Positions 51,462 to 61,743 of a stretch of 64,000 nucleotides of DNA are shown here, one piece after another (position 1 is the first letter of the stretch; each line of letters begins with the position of its first letter). Source of the stretch: an uncultured Clostridia bacterium (GTDB lineage: Bacteria > Bacillota > Clostridia > Lachnospirales > Anaerotignaceae). Where the stretch lies: contig CAJUNT010000003.1 in assembly GCA_910587735.1 (NCBI GenBank), positions 16,515-80,514 of the forward strand, read 5' to 3'. Made by a program: the position numbers and the translations under genes. A model generated the notes under the pieces. The model worked only from the letters and a program-made list of their open reading frames with translations. It was not told the DNA's origin and did no database searches.

Positions 51462-52949
51462 GTGGAACAGATTTCAAAAAATTTAGAAAAAAATATTACT
51501 ATTATAGAAAATGCTTTTCAAAACTGTGGTGATATTGTAAAAAGACGTTTTTTTGTGGGAGAAAAGAAAGATATTGCTGTATATATGATATATACAGATA
51601 ATATTGTAAATGGAAGTGCCATAGAGGAATCTATATTAACAAATATAATGAATCGCTGTCGTATTGATGGAAAAAAAGAGGGTATGCTTAAAAGGCTGAA
51701 TGAAGAAGTTATTGCTATTGGAGAAATGAATGAAGTAAAAACATTTCAAGAAATATTTGACGCAGTACTTTTAGGGGATACCATATTACTTATGGACGAA
51801 AATGACATTGCATTACAGGCTTCTACAAAAGGCTTTCCCTCTCGTGGAGTTAGTGAGGCAAAAACAGAAGTAGTTGTACAAGGACCAAAAGATGCTTTTA
51901 CAGAAATAGGAGCAACTAATATTGTATTGATAAGAAGAAGAATACGAGATACAAAATTAAAAGTAAAAAGAACAAAAGTAGGCAAAAGAAGTAAAACAGA
52001 TGTTGCAATATTATATATGGAGGATATTGTAAGAAAGGAAATATTGCAAGAGGTAGAATATAGAATCAATCAAATTGATATTGATGTAATATTAGATAGT
52101 GGGTATATTGACCAGTTACTGGAAAATAGATGGCTTTCTCCTTTTCCTCAATTACAAATGACAGAGCGTCCAGATAAAGCAGCGTCTGCATTATTAGAGG
52201 GCAGAGTTGTAATTGTGATAGATAATACACCTTTTGTAGTAATAGCACCAGCTACATTAAATGTATTTTTTCAAGCGTCAGAGGATTATTATGATAGATG
52301 GGAAATAATGAGTTTTATTAGATTAATAAGATATTGTGCAGGATTTTTAGCTGTAGCATTACCAGGACTTTATATTGCATTGACTGTATTTCATCCATCT
52401 ATGCTTCCTACAAATTTAGCACTTAAAATAGCAGAAACAAGACAAAATATTCCATTTCCTGCAGTGGGAGAAATATTAATTATGGAATTAGCATTTGAAT
52501 TATTGAGAGAGGCAGGAATCAGGCTTCCTTCTCCTGTAAGTTCTACAATAGGTATTGTGGGAGGAATTATTATAGGGCAGGCAGCCGTAGAAGCAGGTAT
52601 TGTCAGTCCAAGTGTAGTAATTGTTTCAGCATTAACAGGAATTTGCACATTTGTTATTCCTAATATCGCATTGGTTTCAGGACTACGCTTAACAAAATAT
52701 ATTGTGTTGATATTTTCGGCATTTTTAGGGCTATATGGTTTTTGGCTTGCACTAATATTAATGCTGATTCATATGGCAAGTTTAAAAAGTTTTCATATAC
52801 CGTTTTTGTATCCTTTTTGTTCCGCATCAGTAAACAATTATAATGATTTAGAGGATAGTATATTTCGTTTACCATTATGGTTTATGAAAAAAAGACCTAT
52901 TTTTTCTAATGATAAACATAGACAAAGAGAAAAGGGAGGCAAAATGTAA
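51462..52949 (+). CDS. spore germination receptor A subunit (GerA family)
   Basis: GPKDAF.E, TERPD, ELLREAGIRLP, GIVGGIIIGQAAV. Confidence 0.93.
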   Translation: MEQISKNLEKNITIIENAFQNCGDIVKRRFFVGEKKDIAVYMIYTDNIVNGSAIEESILTNIMNRCRIDGKKEGMLKRLNEEVIAIGEMNEVKTFQEIFDAVLLGDTILLMDENDIALQASTKGFPSRGVSEAKTEVVVQGPKDAFTEIGATNIVLIRRRIRDTKLKVKRTKVGKRSKTDVAILYMEDIVRKEILQEVEYRINQIDIDVILDSGYIDQLLENRWLSPFPQLQMTERPDKAASALLEGRVVIVIDNTPFVVIAPATLNVFFQASEDYYDRWEIMSFIRLIRYCAGFLAVALPGLYIALTVFHPSMLPTNLALKIAETRQNIPFPAVGEILIMELAFELLREAGIRLPSPVSSTIGIVGGIIIGQAAVEAGIVSPSVVIVSALTGICTFVIPNIALVSGLRLTKYIVLIFSAFLGLYGFWLALILMLIHMASLKSFHIPFLYPFCSASVNNYNDLEDSIFRLPLWFMKKRPIFSNDKHRQREKGGKM

Positions 52950-54055
52950 TGTTTTCCGAAAATGACAAAATTTCTATTAGACAATTACAAGCATTATTGA
53001 TATTAGATTTGTTTGGAACGGCTGTTGTAACACTACCAAGACAGACTGTAAATTCAGCAGGAAATGATGGGTGGATTGCAGTACTCTTGGGTAGTGCAGT
53101 TATGGCAGTTTTTACACTTGTTTTTACAATATTAGGACGAAGGCATACAGATAAAACAATAGTAGAACTTTCTCAAACACTGCTTTCTCGTCCCATAGGT
53201 ATACTAATTTCATTGGCACTAGCAATTAAAATTATAATAGGTGCAGGATTAGAATTACGTATATTTTGTGAAATGATAGGACAATCTATGTTATTTCGTA
53301 CACCTATTTTTATAACAGTACTTGCTATGCTATTTATTTGTGCGTATGTATCTGCAATAGGTTATGAATGTCGTGCAAGAACAGGTGAGATATTATTTGT
53401 GTTTGTATTTGTACCTTTTTTGATATTGATGATATTAGCGATATTTACAGCAGATTATAGTAATTTACGTCCTATTATGAGCCATAATACTTCTCAAATT
53501 ACAATAGGCGCTTGGAAAACAATACTTTCTTTTCAAGGATTAGAATTATTGTTTTTAGTATTTCCTTATTTACAGCACCCACAAAAAGCAAAAAGAGGAG
53601 TATTGGAAGCGGGCATTGCTATAGCATTTTTTATGACATTGATTACACTTTTAACCATTGCTGTTTTTGGGGAGTATTCTGTTACCAATAAATTATTTCC
53701 TGTATTGCAGATGATGGATTCTTTGCAGATGCCAGGTTCTTTTTTAGATAGACAAGATATATTTATGCTTTGGTTTTGGGTAGCGTCTATATTTGCATCA
53801 GTAAGTGCTGCACTCTTTTTTGTGACAATTATATTCGAAAGAATACAATACAATAAAAATAAAAAAATACCAGCAAGAAAATGGATCATATTTGTTATGA
53901 TTATGATATTTTTAGTAGCAGTATTACCTCAAAATGTAGCAAATGTATATGATTATATGGAAAAATTAAAATTATATGGAGGAACATTTTATATTTTGAT
54001 ATTACCTGTTATACTTTTAATATTGGACAGCATAAAAGGAGGAAAGCAGATATGA
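52949..54055 (+). CDS. spore germination receptor B subunit (GerAB family)
   Basis: About 10 TM; D.WIAV, FQGLE; coupled to A subunit. Confidence 0.9.
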   Translation: MFSENDKISIRQLQALLILDLFGTAVVTLPRQTVNSAGNDGWIAVLLGSAVMAVFTLVFTILGRRHTDKTIVELSQTLLSRPIGILISLALAIKIIIGAGLELRIFCEMIGQSMLFRTPIFITVLAMLFICAYVSAIGYECRARTGEILFVFVFVPFLILMILAIFTADYSNLRPIMSHNTSQITIGAWKTILSFQGLELLFLVFPYLQHPQKAKRGVLEAGIAIAFFMTLITLLTIAVFGEYSVTNKLFPVLQMMDSLQMPGSFLDRQDIFMLWFWVASIFASVSAALFFVTIIFERIQYNKNKKIPARKWIIFVMIMIFLVAVLPQNVANVYDYMEKLKLYGGTFYILILPVILLILDSIKGGKQI

Positions 54056-55179
54056 AATGGATAAAACAATGTATATTATTTCTAGCAGTCTGTTTTCTTT
54101 CTGGCTGTTGGGATAATAAGGAAATGGAAGATAGAAGTTATATCATTACAATGGGTATTGACAAAAGTACAGATGATAATCGCTATGTTATTACATTGGC
54201 ACCTGCACAGCTTTCTTCTATGAATAGCGGGGAAGAAAGTAGTAGCAGTGAAGCACCTGAAAAAGGGATTATAGTAAAAGGAGATACTATTGCTACTGCT
54301 ATAAGACAAGCAGATACTTATAGTAGCAGACAGGTTTATTTGGGACAACTGAAAACAGTAGTATTAGGAAAAGAATTACTTCAGGAAAAGGAATATTTAC
54401 AATCTGTATTAGATGAACTGGAAAGAAATCAAGATATTTCTGGAAAGATTATATTGTTGGGTACAAAAGGAACAGCAAAGGAATGTATTGATGCTATATT
54501 AGAGGCAGATGCTTCTACAGGACTTTTTATATGGGACTTTTATAAAAATACAGCACAAGATGTAGCAGTTACAAGAAAATTGGATTTAGAAACATTTTTG
54601 AGAGAAATTAGAAGTAGCAGTGGTAGCAGTATATTACCTAAAATTGAAGCAACAGAACAAGGAATTAAAATAGGTGGAGGAATTGTTATAAGCAATTATG
54701 CATTTATTGGCAGTTTAACGGGAAAACAAGAGGAAGGGGTATTATTACTCAAAGGAATGGGAAAAGGTGCTGTAATAGACGGAATATGGAAAAATAACAC
54801 TATTCCTATGTGGATATATAAAAATAAAAGTAAGTTATATTTTTCAGAACAAAATAATGAATTATTTTGTCATATACAGCTTTTTATAGAAGGCAGTGCA
54901 GAAGGAAGTAGCTTGGAAAGTAAAAGTATATTTGATAGTGATTCTTTAACAGAATTGGAAAATATATTTGAAATCATCATAAAATCAGAAATAGAAAATA
55001 CAATAGCATTAGCACAAAAAAATTATAAAAAAGATATATTTGACATTGCGTCAGAACTAAAAAAGAAAAATTTTGAACTTTATAATAAGTATGGAACAGA
55101 CGCAAATGAAATGATACAAAATATGCATTTTGATGTTTCTGTTTCTGTCAAAATTAGAACAATAGGTGTTGTAGACTAA
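54052..55179 (+). CDS. spore germination receptor C subunit (Ger(x)C lipoprotein)
   Basis: LSGCWDNKEMED lipobox; GID. Confidence 0.92.
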   Translation: MKWIKQCILFLAVCFLSGCWDNKEMEDRSYIITMGIDKSTDDNRYVITLAPAQLSSMNSGEESSSSEAPEKGIIVKGDTIATAIRQADTYSSRQVYLGQLKTVVLGKELLQEKEYLQSVLDELERNQDISGKIILLGTKGTAKECIDAILEADASTGLFIWDFYKNTAQDVAVTRKLDLETFLREIRSSSGSSILPKIEATEQGIKIGGGIVISNYAFIGSLTGKQEEGVLLLKGMGKGAVIDGIWKNNTIPMWIYKNKSKLYFSEQNNELFCHIQLFIEGSAEGSSLESKSIFDSDSLTELENIFEIIIKSEIENTIALAQKNYKKDIFDIASELKKKNFELYNKYGTDANEMIQNMHFDVSVSVKIRTIGVVD

Positions 55180-55254
55180 TATTTTAAAAATTAAGGTATA
55201 ACTTTTTATATTATGGTAATCCTTTTTATATCAAATCAAAAAAGAGGTGAAAAT

Positions 55255-55941
55255 ATGAAAGGATTAGCATATACATATTATAGAGCGAAATATATATTAA
55301 AAATGGAGAAAAAAAATATACTGTATGCTTGTACTTTTACATTGATATTATTTATATTTTGTATTGCAGTAGCAACAAGAGCATATTCTAATTATATACA
55401 AAGTGGTATTGCATCAAAAGTAATACGTTTTCATGTTTTAGCAAACAGTGATACAGAATATGACCAAAATTTAAAATTAGCAGTAAGAGATGCCATATTA
55501 AAGGATTTAGGGCAGCAATTAGAGCAATATCATACAAAAGAACAAACAAAACTATTTTTAAAAAACAATTTTGATAGAATAGAACAAATAGCATTAAATG
55601 AAATACAAAAACAAGGCTATGATTATGATGTAAAAGTCTATTTAGAAAAAACAGTATTTCCATTAAAACAATATGGTGATTTGTCATTCCCAGCTGGTGT
55701 GTATGATGCATTACGTGTTGAAATTGGGAAAGGGGAAGGGCAAAATTGGTGGTGTGTTGTATATCCTCCATTATGCTATGTTGACGTTGCTTATTCAGAA
55801 GTAACAGAGGAAAGTAAAATTCGCTTACAGTATACTTTAACAGAAGAAGAATTTTCTGTGATTGACAATACAGAAAATGAAATTAATACAAATGTAAAAT
55901 TTAAAATTGTAGAATGGTGGCAAGAGAAAAAACAATCATAA
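55255..55941 (+). CDS. spoIIR: stage II sporulation protein R
   Basis: IRFHVLANSD..DQ.LKL.VRD, G.NWWCV.YPPLC; GAGGTG RBS; sigF-like GTATA..GGTAAT upstream. Confidence 0.95.
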   Translation: MKGLAYTYYRAKYILKMEKKNILYACTFTLILFIFCIAVATRAYSNYIQSGIASKVIRFHVLANSDTEYDQNLKLAVRDAILKDLGQQLEQYHTKEQTKLFLKNNFDRIEQIALNEIQKQGYDYDVKVYLEKTVFPLKQYGDLSFPAGVYDALRVEIGKGEGQNWWCVVYPPLCYVDVAYSEVTEESKIRLQYTLTEEEFSVIDNTENEINTNVKFKIVEWWQEKKQS

Positions 55942-55982
55942 TAAAATATGAAATCAATATCAAATAGCTTCGGAGTGATACT

Positions 55983-56690
55983 ATGAAAAATAAAATAGTT
56001 AAAATTATTTTTTTAATATGCTGTGTAATTACAACAGCATCAACAGTATACTATTATAAAAGTCAACAACAAACAATTACAACGCTTTCTTATGTTTCGT
56101 GGGGGACAAGAGGTCAGCTTGTAAGAGATGTACAGCAAGCACTAAAAAATAGAGGATATTATACAGGAAATGTAGATGGTATTTATGGTACAGGTACTTA
56201 TAATGCGATTGTATCATTTCAAAGGGATAATGGACTAACAGCAGACGGCATTGCTGGAACAGCAACACTAAGTGCATTAGGCATTTCTTCTGGAACAGGT
56301 AGTAGTGGTGTTAGTCAAACAGGACAAAGTGATATTGATGAAGATTTATATTTGCTTGCCTCAGCAATACATGGAGAGGCTAGAGGAGAACCTTATGAAG
56401 GACAGGTAGCAGTAGGTGCAGTGATATTGAATAGAGTATCTAGTGAAGATTTTCCTAATTCTATTGCAGAAGTGGTATATCAAAGGGGTGCTTTTGATGC
56501 AGTGAGAGATGGTCAAATTACTTTAACACCTAATGATACAGCATTTCGTGCCGCACAAGATGCTTTAAATGGCTGGGACCCTACAAATGGCGCATTATAT
56601 TATTGGAATCCTGCTACCGCAACAAGCCGATGGATATGGTCTGTACCCATCACAACATCAATAGGACGTCATGTATTTGGTGTAAAATAA
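55983..56690 (+). CDS. sleB: spore cortex-lytic enzyme
   Basis: PG-binding domain (DGIYG..T..A..FQ) plus Hydrolase_2 (EARGEPYEGQVAVGAVILNRV). Confidence 0.9.
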   Translation: MKNKIVKIIFLICCVITTASTVYYYKSQQQTITTLSYVSWGTRGQLVRDVQQALKNRGYYTGNVDGIYGTGTYNAIVSFQRDNGLTADGIAGTATLSALGISSGTGSSGVSQTGQSDIDEDLYLLASAIHGEARGEPYEGQVAVGAVILNRVSSEDFPNSIAEVVYQRGAFDAVRDGQITLTPNDTAFRAAQDALNGWDPTNGALYYWNPATATSRWIWSVPITTSIGRHVFGVK

Positions 56691-56707
56691 AAATACAAAG
56701 AGTGATA

Positions 56708-56737
56708 AAACCCCTTATGATGATTCATAAGGGGTTT
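56708..56737. terminator. bidirectional terminator
   Basis: AAACCCCTTATGA/TCATAAGGGGTTT. Confidence 0.8.
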
Positions 56738-56740
56738 ATA

Positions 56741-57073
56741 TTATATCCATGTCATGATATTATCGTTAGTCGCTTTTGGAAGTAGAAAAAATGTTTTTGA
56801 TTGGGGAAAAAACAATATTAATAAAGCAATTTGGAAAAACAAAGCCAATATAAAAATGACATAAAAGTACCATTTTTTTGTTTTATGATGAAATACCTTC
56901 ATAGAAATAAAGCCACCTATACTGCCACCCAAAAGTGCTAATATAAAAAGAGTAGACTCAGGAACGCGCCATTTCCCCTTTACAGCACAATGTTTGTCAA
57001 ATCCCATTGTAAAAAACAATAGTATGTTTATAATGAGTGTATAGATAAGTAATATTTTTACATACAAAGACAT
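56741..57073 (-). CDS. DUF1294 family membrane protein
   Basis: DK..A....WRVPESTL..LALLGGS.G and HHKTKK. Confidence 0.9.
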   Translation of the reverse strand: MSLYVKILLIYTLIINILLFFTMGFDKHCAVKGKWRVPESTLFILALLGGSIGGFISMKVFHHKTKKWYFYVIFILALFFQIALLILFFPQSKTFFLLPKATNDNIMTWI

Positions 57074-57074
57074 A

Positions 57075-57470
57075 TTATTTCACCACGTTTCTCCAATCCA
57101 AATCTCCTCTGTCTAAAGCGAGAAGTAATATTTCTGCCGTAGCTAAATTGCTGGCAAGAGGAATATTATGCATATCGCAAAGACGTAATATAGAGTTAAT
57201 ATCAGGCTCATAATTTTTTTGAGCAATAGGGTCTCTTAAGAAAATCACCAAGTCAATATCATCACTTGCCACTTGTGCGCCAAGCTGTTGCTCGCCACCT
57301 AAAGGACCTGCTAAATATTTATGAACCACAAGATTTGCTGTTTCTTCTACAAGACGACCAGTTGTACCAGTAGCATATAATTCATGCTTGCAAAGTATAT
57401 GACGGTACGCAATACAAAGATTTTCCATCAATTTTTTTTTGTTGTCATGTGCAATTAAAGCAATATTCAT
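57075..57470 (-). CDS. mgsA: methylglyoxal synthase-like protein
   Basis: IALIAHD.KK, ATGTTG, FLRDP, LRLCD, NLATAE; some active-site substitutions. Confidence 0.85.
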   Translation of the reverse strand: MNIALIAHDNKKKLMENLCIAYRHILCKHELYATGTTGRLVEETANLVVHKYLAGPLGGEQQLGAQVASDDIDLVIFLRDPIAQKNYEPDINSILRLCDMHNIPLASNLATAEILLLALDRGDLDWRNVVK

Positions 57471-57560
57471 AATTTAAACCATTACTGAAAAATTATAAAA
57501 AGTCATATATAAAATATACTTTTTATAATGCCACAAATTTTACAGCAATTTTCTCCTTTC
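57471..57560 (-). promoter_or_regulatory. hairpin-interrupted ribosome binding site
   Basis: AAAGGAG at 57559-57553, 69-nt stem-loop (57549-57481) with perfect 12-bp inner stem, then 10 nt to ATG. Confidence 0.55.
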
Positions 57561-57917
57561 CTGTTTTGTCATATCTTTAGATATGCAACGCTGTGGGCTG
57601 CGTTTATTGTTTTTTCTTTTGTGTGAAATGTTCTTAATAAAGAACATCTTATTTATCACCTTTTGCACGTTTCAATCAATATAAATGTTTGGAAGTAATT
57701 TCGTTATTGAAAAGTGATAAAAGTTTATAAAAATAATATAAAATTTTATGTTTCATTCCTGTTTTAATGTATATGCTTTTGTGAAAATACTGTCCACAAT
57801 TACTGATACATTTTATAGGCATAAATTCCCGACTAACGTATCGGTATTATCCGCAATTATTTTTTGTATTGCAGAAGTGTTTTCTCCATATCTTTTTCAT
57901 TCGGATTTTGCTTTATA

Positions 57918-59057
57918 TTACCCTTCAAAAAGCGATTTAGAACGCTTCATACCGATATTTAATACTAAACCAATTGCAGCCATATTTGTCCACATAGAAC
58001 TACCACCATAACTAACAAATGGCAAAGACATACCTGTATTTGGCATAATGCCTGTTGCAACACCTACATTAACAAATGTTTGGAAGGCAATCATACCAGC
58101 AACGCCTACTACAATAAGCTGACTAAACAAATCACGAATGGATACTGCTATTAATATACAACGAAATATGATAAAAAGCAACAACAACAACACTATCACA
58201 CAGCCTATAAATCCAAATTCTTCACCAATTACAGAAAAAATAAAATCATTATGGGGTTCAGGTAAGTAACTTAATTGATTTAATGTACCTTGATAGAGTC
58301 CTTTTCCATGAAGCTGTCCTGCACCAATTGCATTGATTGCCTTTTCTGTTTGATAATAAGAACTCATATCTCGAGTAGGGTCAACAAATGTTAATATTCT
58401 CGTAAATTGGTGAGGTTTTAATATTTTATCCATAATTAATGGCACTTCACGACTGACGTCCCATAACACAAATGCTACGGCAGGTATTAAAATATATAAT
58501 ACCAATCTTATAATTTTAAAATCAATGCCTGCTACAAATAATGTAATGCACAATATGGCAAGTAATACAAGACTAGCAGAAAGGGAAGGTTGTTTTTGTA
58601 TTAAAATAACAGGAATTGCTACACTAGTACATATTAACAAAAGTGTAGGGACATGATTAATTTGCTCTTGTTTTTTTGTTAAAAATTTTGCTAGAAAAAA
58701 TATCATAATCAGTTTTGCAAATTCAGAAGGTTGCACATTGACAGGACCAATAGCAATCCAACGAGTAGCACCTTTTACATTTGTTCCTAAAACTAATACA
58801 GCAAGTAATAGCAGTATATTTAAAATATAAAAAAGTACATAAAATCGTGAAATAGATTCATAATCAACAATAGAAGCAATTAACATTAAAGCAATTCCTA
58901 TTGCAAACCATACAATTTGTTTATAAAAATTACTAGGGTCTTCTCCTAAATTAATATGTGTAGCACTGCCAATACATATAATACCAAATATAGATAATAT
59001 GCAAATGGCAGTAATTAATAAAAAATCTAAATTAGAAAATTGTTTTTTTATATTCAT
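57918..59057 (-). CDS. rodA: rod shape-determining SEDS protein
   Basis: GATRWI, QPSEFAK, LPEPHNDFIF..IGEEFG, LPFVSYGGSS; in min cluster. Confidence 0.9.
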   Translation of the reverse strand: MNIKKQFSNLDFLLITAICILSIFGIICIGSATHINLGEDPSNFYKQIVWFAIGIALMLIASIVDYESISRFYVLFYILNILLLLAVLVLGTNVKGATRWIAIGPVNVQPSEFAKLIMIFFLAKFLTKKQEQINHVPTLLLICTSVAIPVILIQKQPSLSASLVLLAILCITLFVAGIDFKIIRLVLYILIPAVAFVLWDVSREVPLIMDKILKPHQFTRILTFVDPTRDMSSYYQTEKAINAIGAGQLHGKGLYQGTLNQLSYLPEPHNDFIFSVIGEEFGFIGCVIVLLLLLFIIFRCILIAVSIRDLFSQLIVVGVAGMIAFQTFVNVGVATGIMPNTGMSLPFVSYGGSSMWTNMAAIGLVLNIGMKRSKSLFEG

Positions 59058-59274
59058 AAAATAAACCTCCTATACAAAAATAACTCTATATAAAACATAA
59101 AACAATACAGACCGAAAAAATAATCCGGTCTGCAAAAATACAAATATATAATCATTTAGCATATCAAAAAATATTAAAAAATGCATTGCTCAAAATAATC
59201 AAACAGAGCAAATGTATAAAAAGTATTATTTGTATGTAAAATATATAAAAAATATGATATGTATTTAAAATGTT

Positions 59275-59562
59275 TTAATCTTGATTTACTTTACGCATAC
59301 TTTTAATAGGAATATTGGCATAAAGTACAGGCACTGTACCCATATTATCATCAGATTGTGTCTGTGTAATTTGAATATCTAATTCTTCTTCGTCAATTTC
59401 CATGTAGTTAGATATGACTTTTATAATATCCGTTTTTAGCATTTCTAGTATTTGAGAAGAACAATTTACACGGTCATGAACAAGCACTAATTTCAATCTA
59501 TCTTTTGCTACATTTTTTGATGCAGTGCTGTCCTTCTTTTTAAAGAAGTTAAGAAAATCCAT
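59275..59562 (-). CDS. minE: cell division topological specificity factor
   Basis: AKDRLKLVLVHDR; ANIPI. Confidence 0.95.
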   Translation of the reverse strand: MDFLNFFKKKDSTASKNVAKDRLKLVLVHDRVNCSSQILEMLKTDIIKVISNYMEIDEEELDIQITQTQSDDNMGTVPVLYANIPIKSMRKVNQD

Positions 59563-59582
59563 TGAAAAATCACATCCTTTAT

Positions 59583-60380
59583 TTAACGACGAAACATATT
59601 TTTGAAAAGTTTATTAAAAAGTCCTGCATCTTTTTCAAAGCGCATAATAGGAACATCTTCTCCTTGTATTCTTTTTACAATATTACGATAAGCTTGTCCT
59701 GCAAAAGATTCAGGGTCTGTTACAGCAGGTTCGCCTTTATTTGCAGCAACAACAATGCTTTCATCATCTGGAACAACGCCTAATATTTCAATAGCAAGTA
59801 TTTCTGTAACATCATCAATACTCATCATATCACCACGTTTTACCATATCTACACGAAGTCTATTTAATACTAATGTAGGGTCATTTAATCCACTTGCCTC
59901 TAAAAGACCTATAATTCTGTCTGCATCTCTTACAGCAGATACTTCTGGCGTGGTGATGACAATCGCTCTGTCTGCACCAGCAATAGCATTTTTGAAACCT
60001 TGTTCAATGCCAGCAGGGCAGTCTATAATAATATAATCAAATTCTTCTTCTTTTAAATTTTCACAAAGTTTTTGCATTTGCTCAGGAGAAACAGCATCTT
60101 TATCTCTAGTTTGAGCAGCAGGTAATAAAAATAAGCTATTATATCGTTTATCTTTGATTAAGGCTTGTTTCAGCCGACAATTACCTTCTACCACATCAAC
60201 TAAATCATAAACAATGCGGTTTTCCAGTCCCATAACGACGTCTAAATTTCTCAGTCCAATATCTGCGTCTACAAGTGCAACTTTTTTACCAGTTAGTGCA
60301 AGTCCGCAACCAATATTTGCACTGGTGGTTGTTTTACCAACACCGCCTTTTCCACTTGTTATTACGATAACTTCACTCAT
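59583..60380 (-). CDS. minD: septum site-determining ATPase
   Basis: SGKGGVGKTT, DIGLRNLD, DCPAGIE; amphipathic C-terminus. Confidence 0.97.
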   Translation of the reverse strand: MSEVIVITSGKGGVGKTTTSANIGCGLALTGKKVALVDADIGLRNLDVVMGLENRIVYDLVDVVEGNCRLKQALIKDKRYNSLFLLPAAQTRDKDAVSPEQMQKLCENLKEEEFDYIIIDCPAGIEQGFKNAIAGADRAIVITTPEVSAVRDADRIIGLLEASGLNDPTLVLNRLRVDMVKRGDMMSIDDVTEILAIEILGVVPDDESIVVAANKGEPAVTDPESFAGQAYRNIVKRIQGEDVPIMRFEKDAGLFNKLFKNMFRR

Positions 60381-60755
60381 GTATTGTTCCCCCTAGTTCT
60401 GGAATTCACTTTTTCCGCTATTGCGGTTATTTATAATTTTAGCAGTTTTTTATAATAAACAAAACAAAATATGAAAAAGTTTTTGTGTATTAGTAAAGTC
60501 TGCAAAAAATATTTTATATAATATTATAGTATTTCGACAATCTGAGCCGAAAACAAATAAATTTTCGATTTGTTTTCCATATTAATATAAAAATAGTTTG
60601 TATACTTATATATTAACAAAAGTATTACCATTTTGCACTCTTTTTTTTTAGCAAATTATGATTTGCTGTCGCAAAAAACGACAGTAATCATAATTTATGT
60701 TATTTATGAAGTAATAATATTAAAGATACAAATGATTGTATAATCAATAAAAATG

Positions 60756-60914
60756 TTGCTGTGGAGAGGTCCCCAAGCCTCGCAAAAAGTCTTTATTTTT
60801 TCCATACATTTTTGATATGCTGTAAACCTGAAAGATAATGAAAAGCCATTGCTTTTTGGAGTAGCATATGACGACGTTTTTGACTTTGTTTACGAAGCTC
60901 TCCTCTTCAAGCAA
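60756..60914. ncRNA. candidate rod-shaped structured RNA (6S-like)
   Basis: Nested pairings TTGCT/AGCAA, GGAGAG/CTCTCC, AAAGTC/GACTTT, central bubble, ATATGCT/AGCATAT; TATAAT at 60739-60744; strand unresolved. Confidence 0.4.
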
Positions 60915-61551
60915 GAGGCATAACATAAATTTGCCCCTCCTCCACATAGGCAAATTCTGGTGGTTTTGGACCTTTTTTGTTTTCTTCTGGAAAACGTGTA
61001 ATAATGTCTGCAATACGAAGTTGCACTGGTATCATATATAATGCAGAAACAAATGCATCTGTCATACCATTACAACCAGCGTGAGCCATTCCTTTTAGTT
61101 GTCCCAGTATAATAATATTGCCTGATGCCTTTACTTCTCCACCAGGGTTGACATCTCCTATTACAACAACACTACCATCAAATGTAAGACATTGCCCAGA
61201 ACGTACAGAACCCTTATGATATTTTGTAATATAATGTTGCTGTAAATCTTCAGGCAATATAATACCTTCTGGTATGCATTGTGAATTTTGGTCTTTTTTA
61301 ATATCTCTTATAAATGTAATATTCATTGTTGTATGTTTAGATAAAATGTCTAAAAGTGTTTTTTCTTCTTCTTGAGAGAGTAATCTACCTTGAAAACCTA
61401 TAGAAGTTTTTACACCCTCAAAAAATTTAGCAGATTCTATTACTTTTTTTTCAAAAAGTGATTCTAGTTCTGTAAAAGAAATATCTTCATATAATAAAAT
61501 ATTAATACCATCTTTTGTGCCCTTAAACATGACGTAATTTTCTTGATTCAT
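60907..61551 (-). CDS. minC: septum site-determining protein
   Basis: FKGTKDGI; GSVRSGQ, GDVNPGGEV.A.GNI, AHAG. Confidence 0.95.
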   Translation of the reverse strand: MNQENYVMFKGTKDGINILLYEDISFTELESLFEKKVIESAKFFEGVKTSIGFQGRLLSQEEEKTLLDILSKHTTMNITFIRDIKKDQNSQCIPEGIILPEDLQQHYITKYHKGSVRSGQCLTFDGSVVVIGDVNPGGEVKASGNIIILGQLKGMAHAGCNGMTDAFVSALYMIPVQLRIADIITRFPEENKKGPKPPEFAYVEEGQIYVMPLA

Positions 61552-61743
61552 AATTACTATCCCCCCAATAATTTTGCGACTTTATTTAGTATGATTTTAT
61601 ATGATATAATCATAAAATAATATTCGCAATATATAAAGTTTTTTTTAAAGCTTTTTTAAAAAATTTGTGGGTTTGGGTGGAAACCCACAAAAATACTACC
61701 ATTTCTTATAAAATTTTAGTGTTTTACTAAAAATGAAAAATAA

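Noticed and set aside
57748..58011. 87-aa plus-strand ORF overlapping the rodA end
   Set aside because: No RBS or recognisable motif; antisense to rodA
60744..61013. 89-aa minus-strand ORF
   Set aside because: Out-of-frame overlap with minC, no RBS; region is better explained by RNA structure
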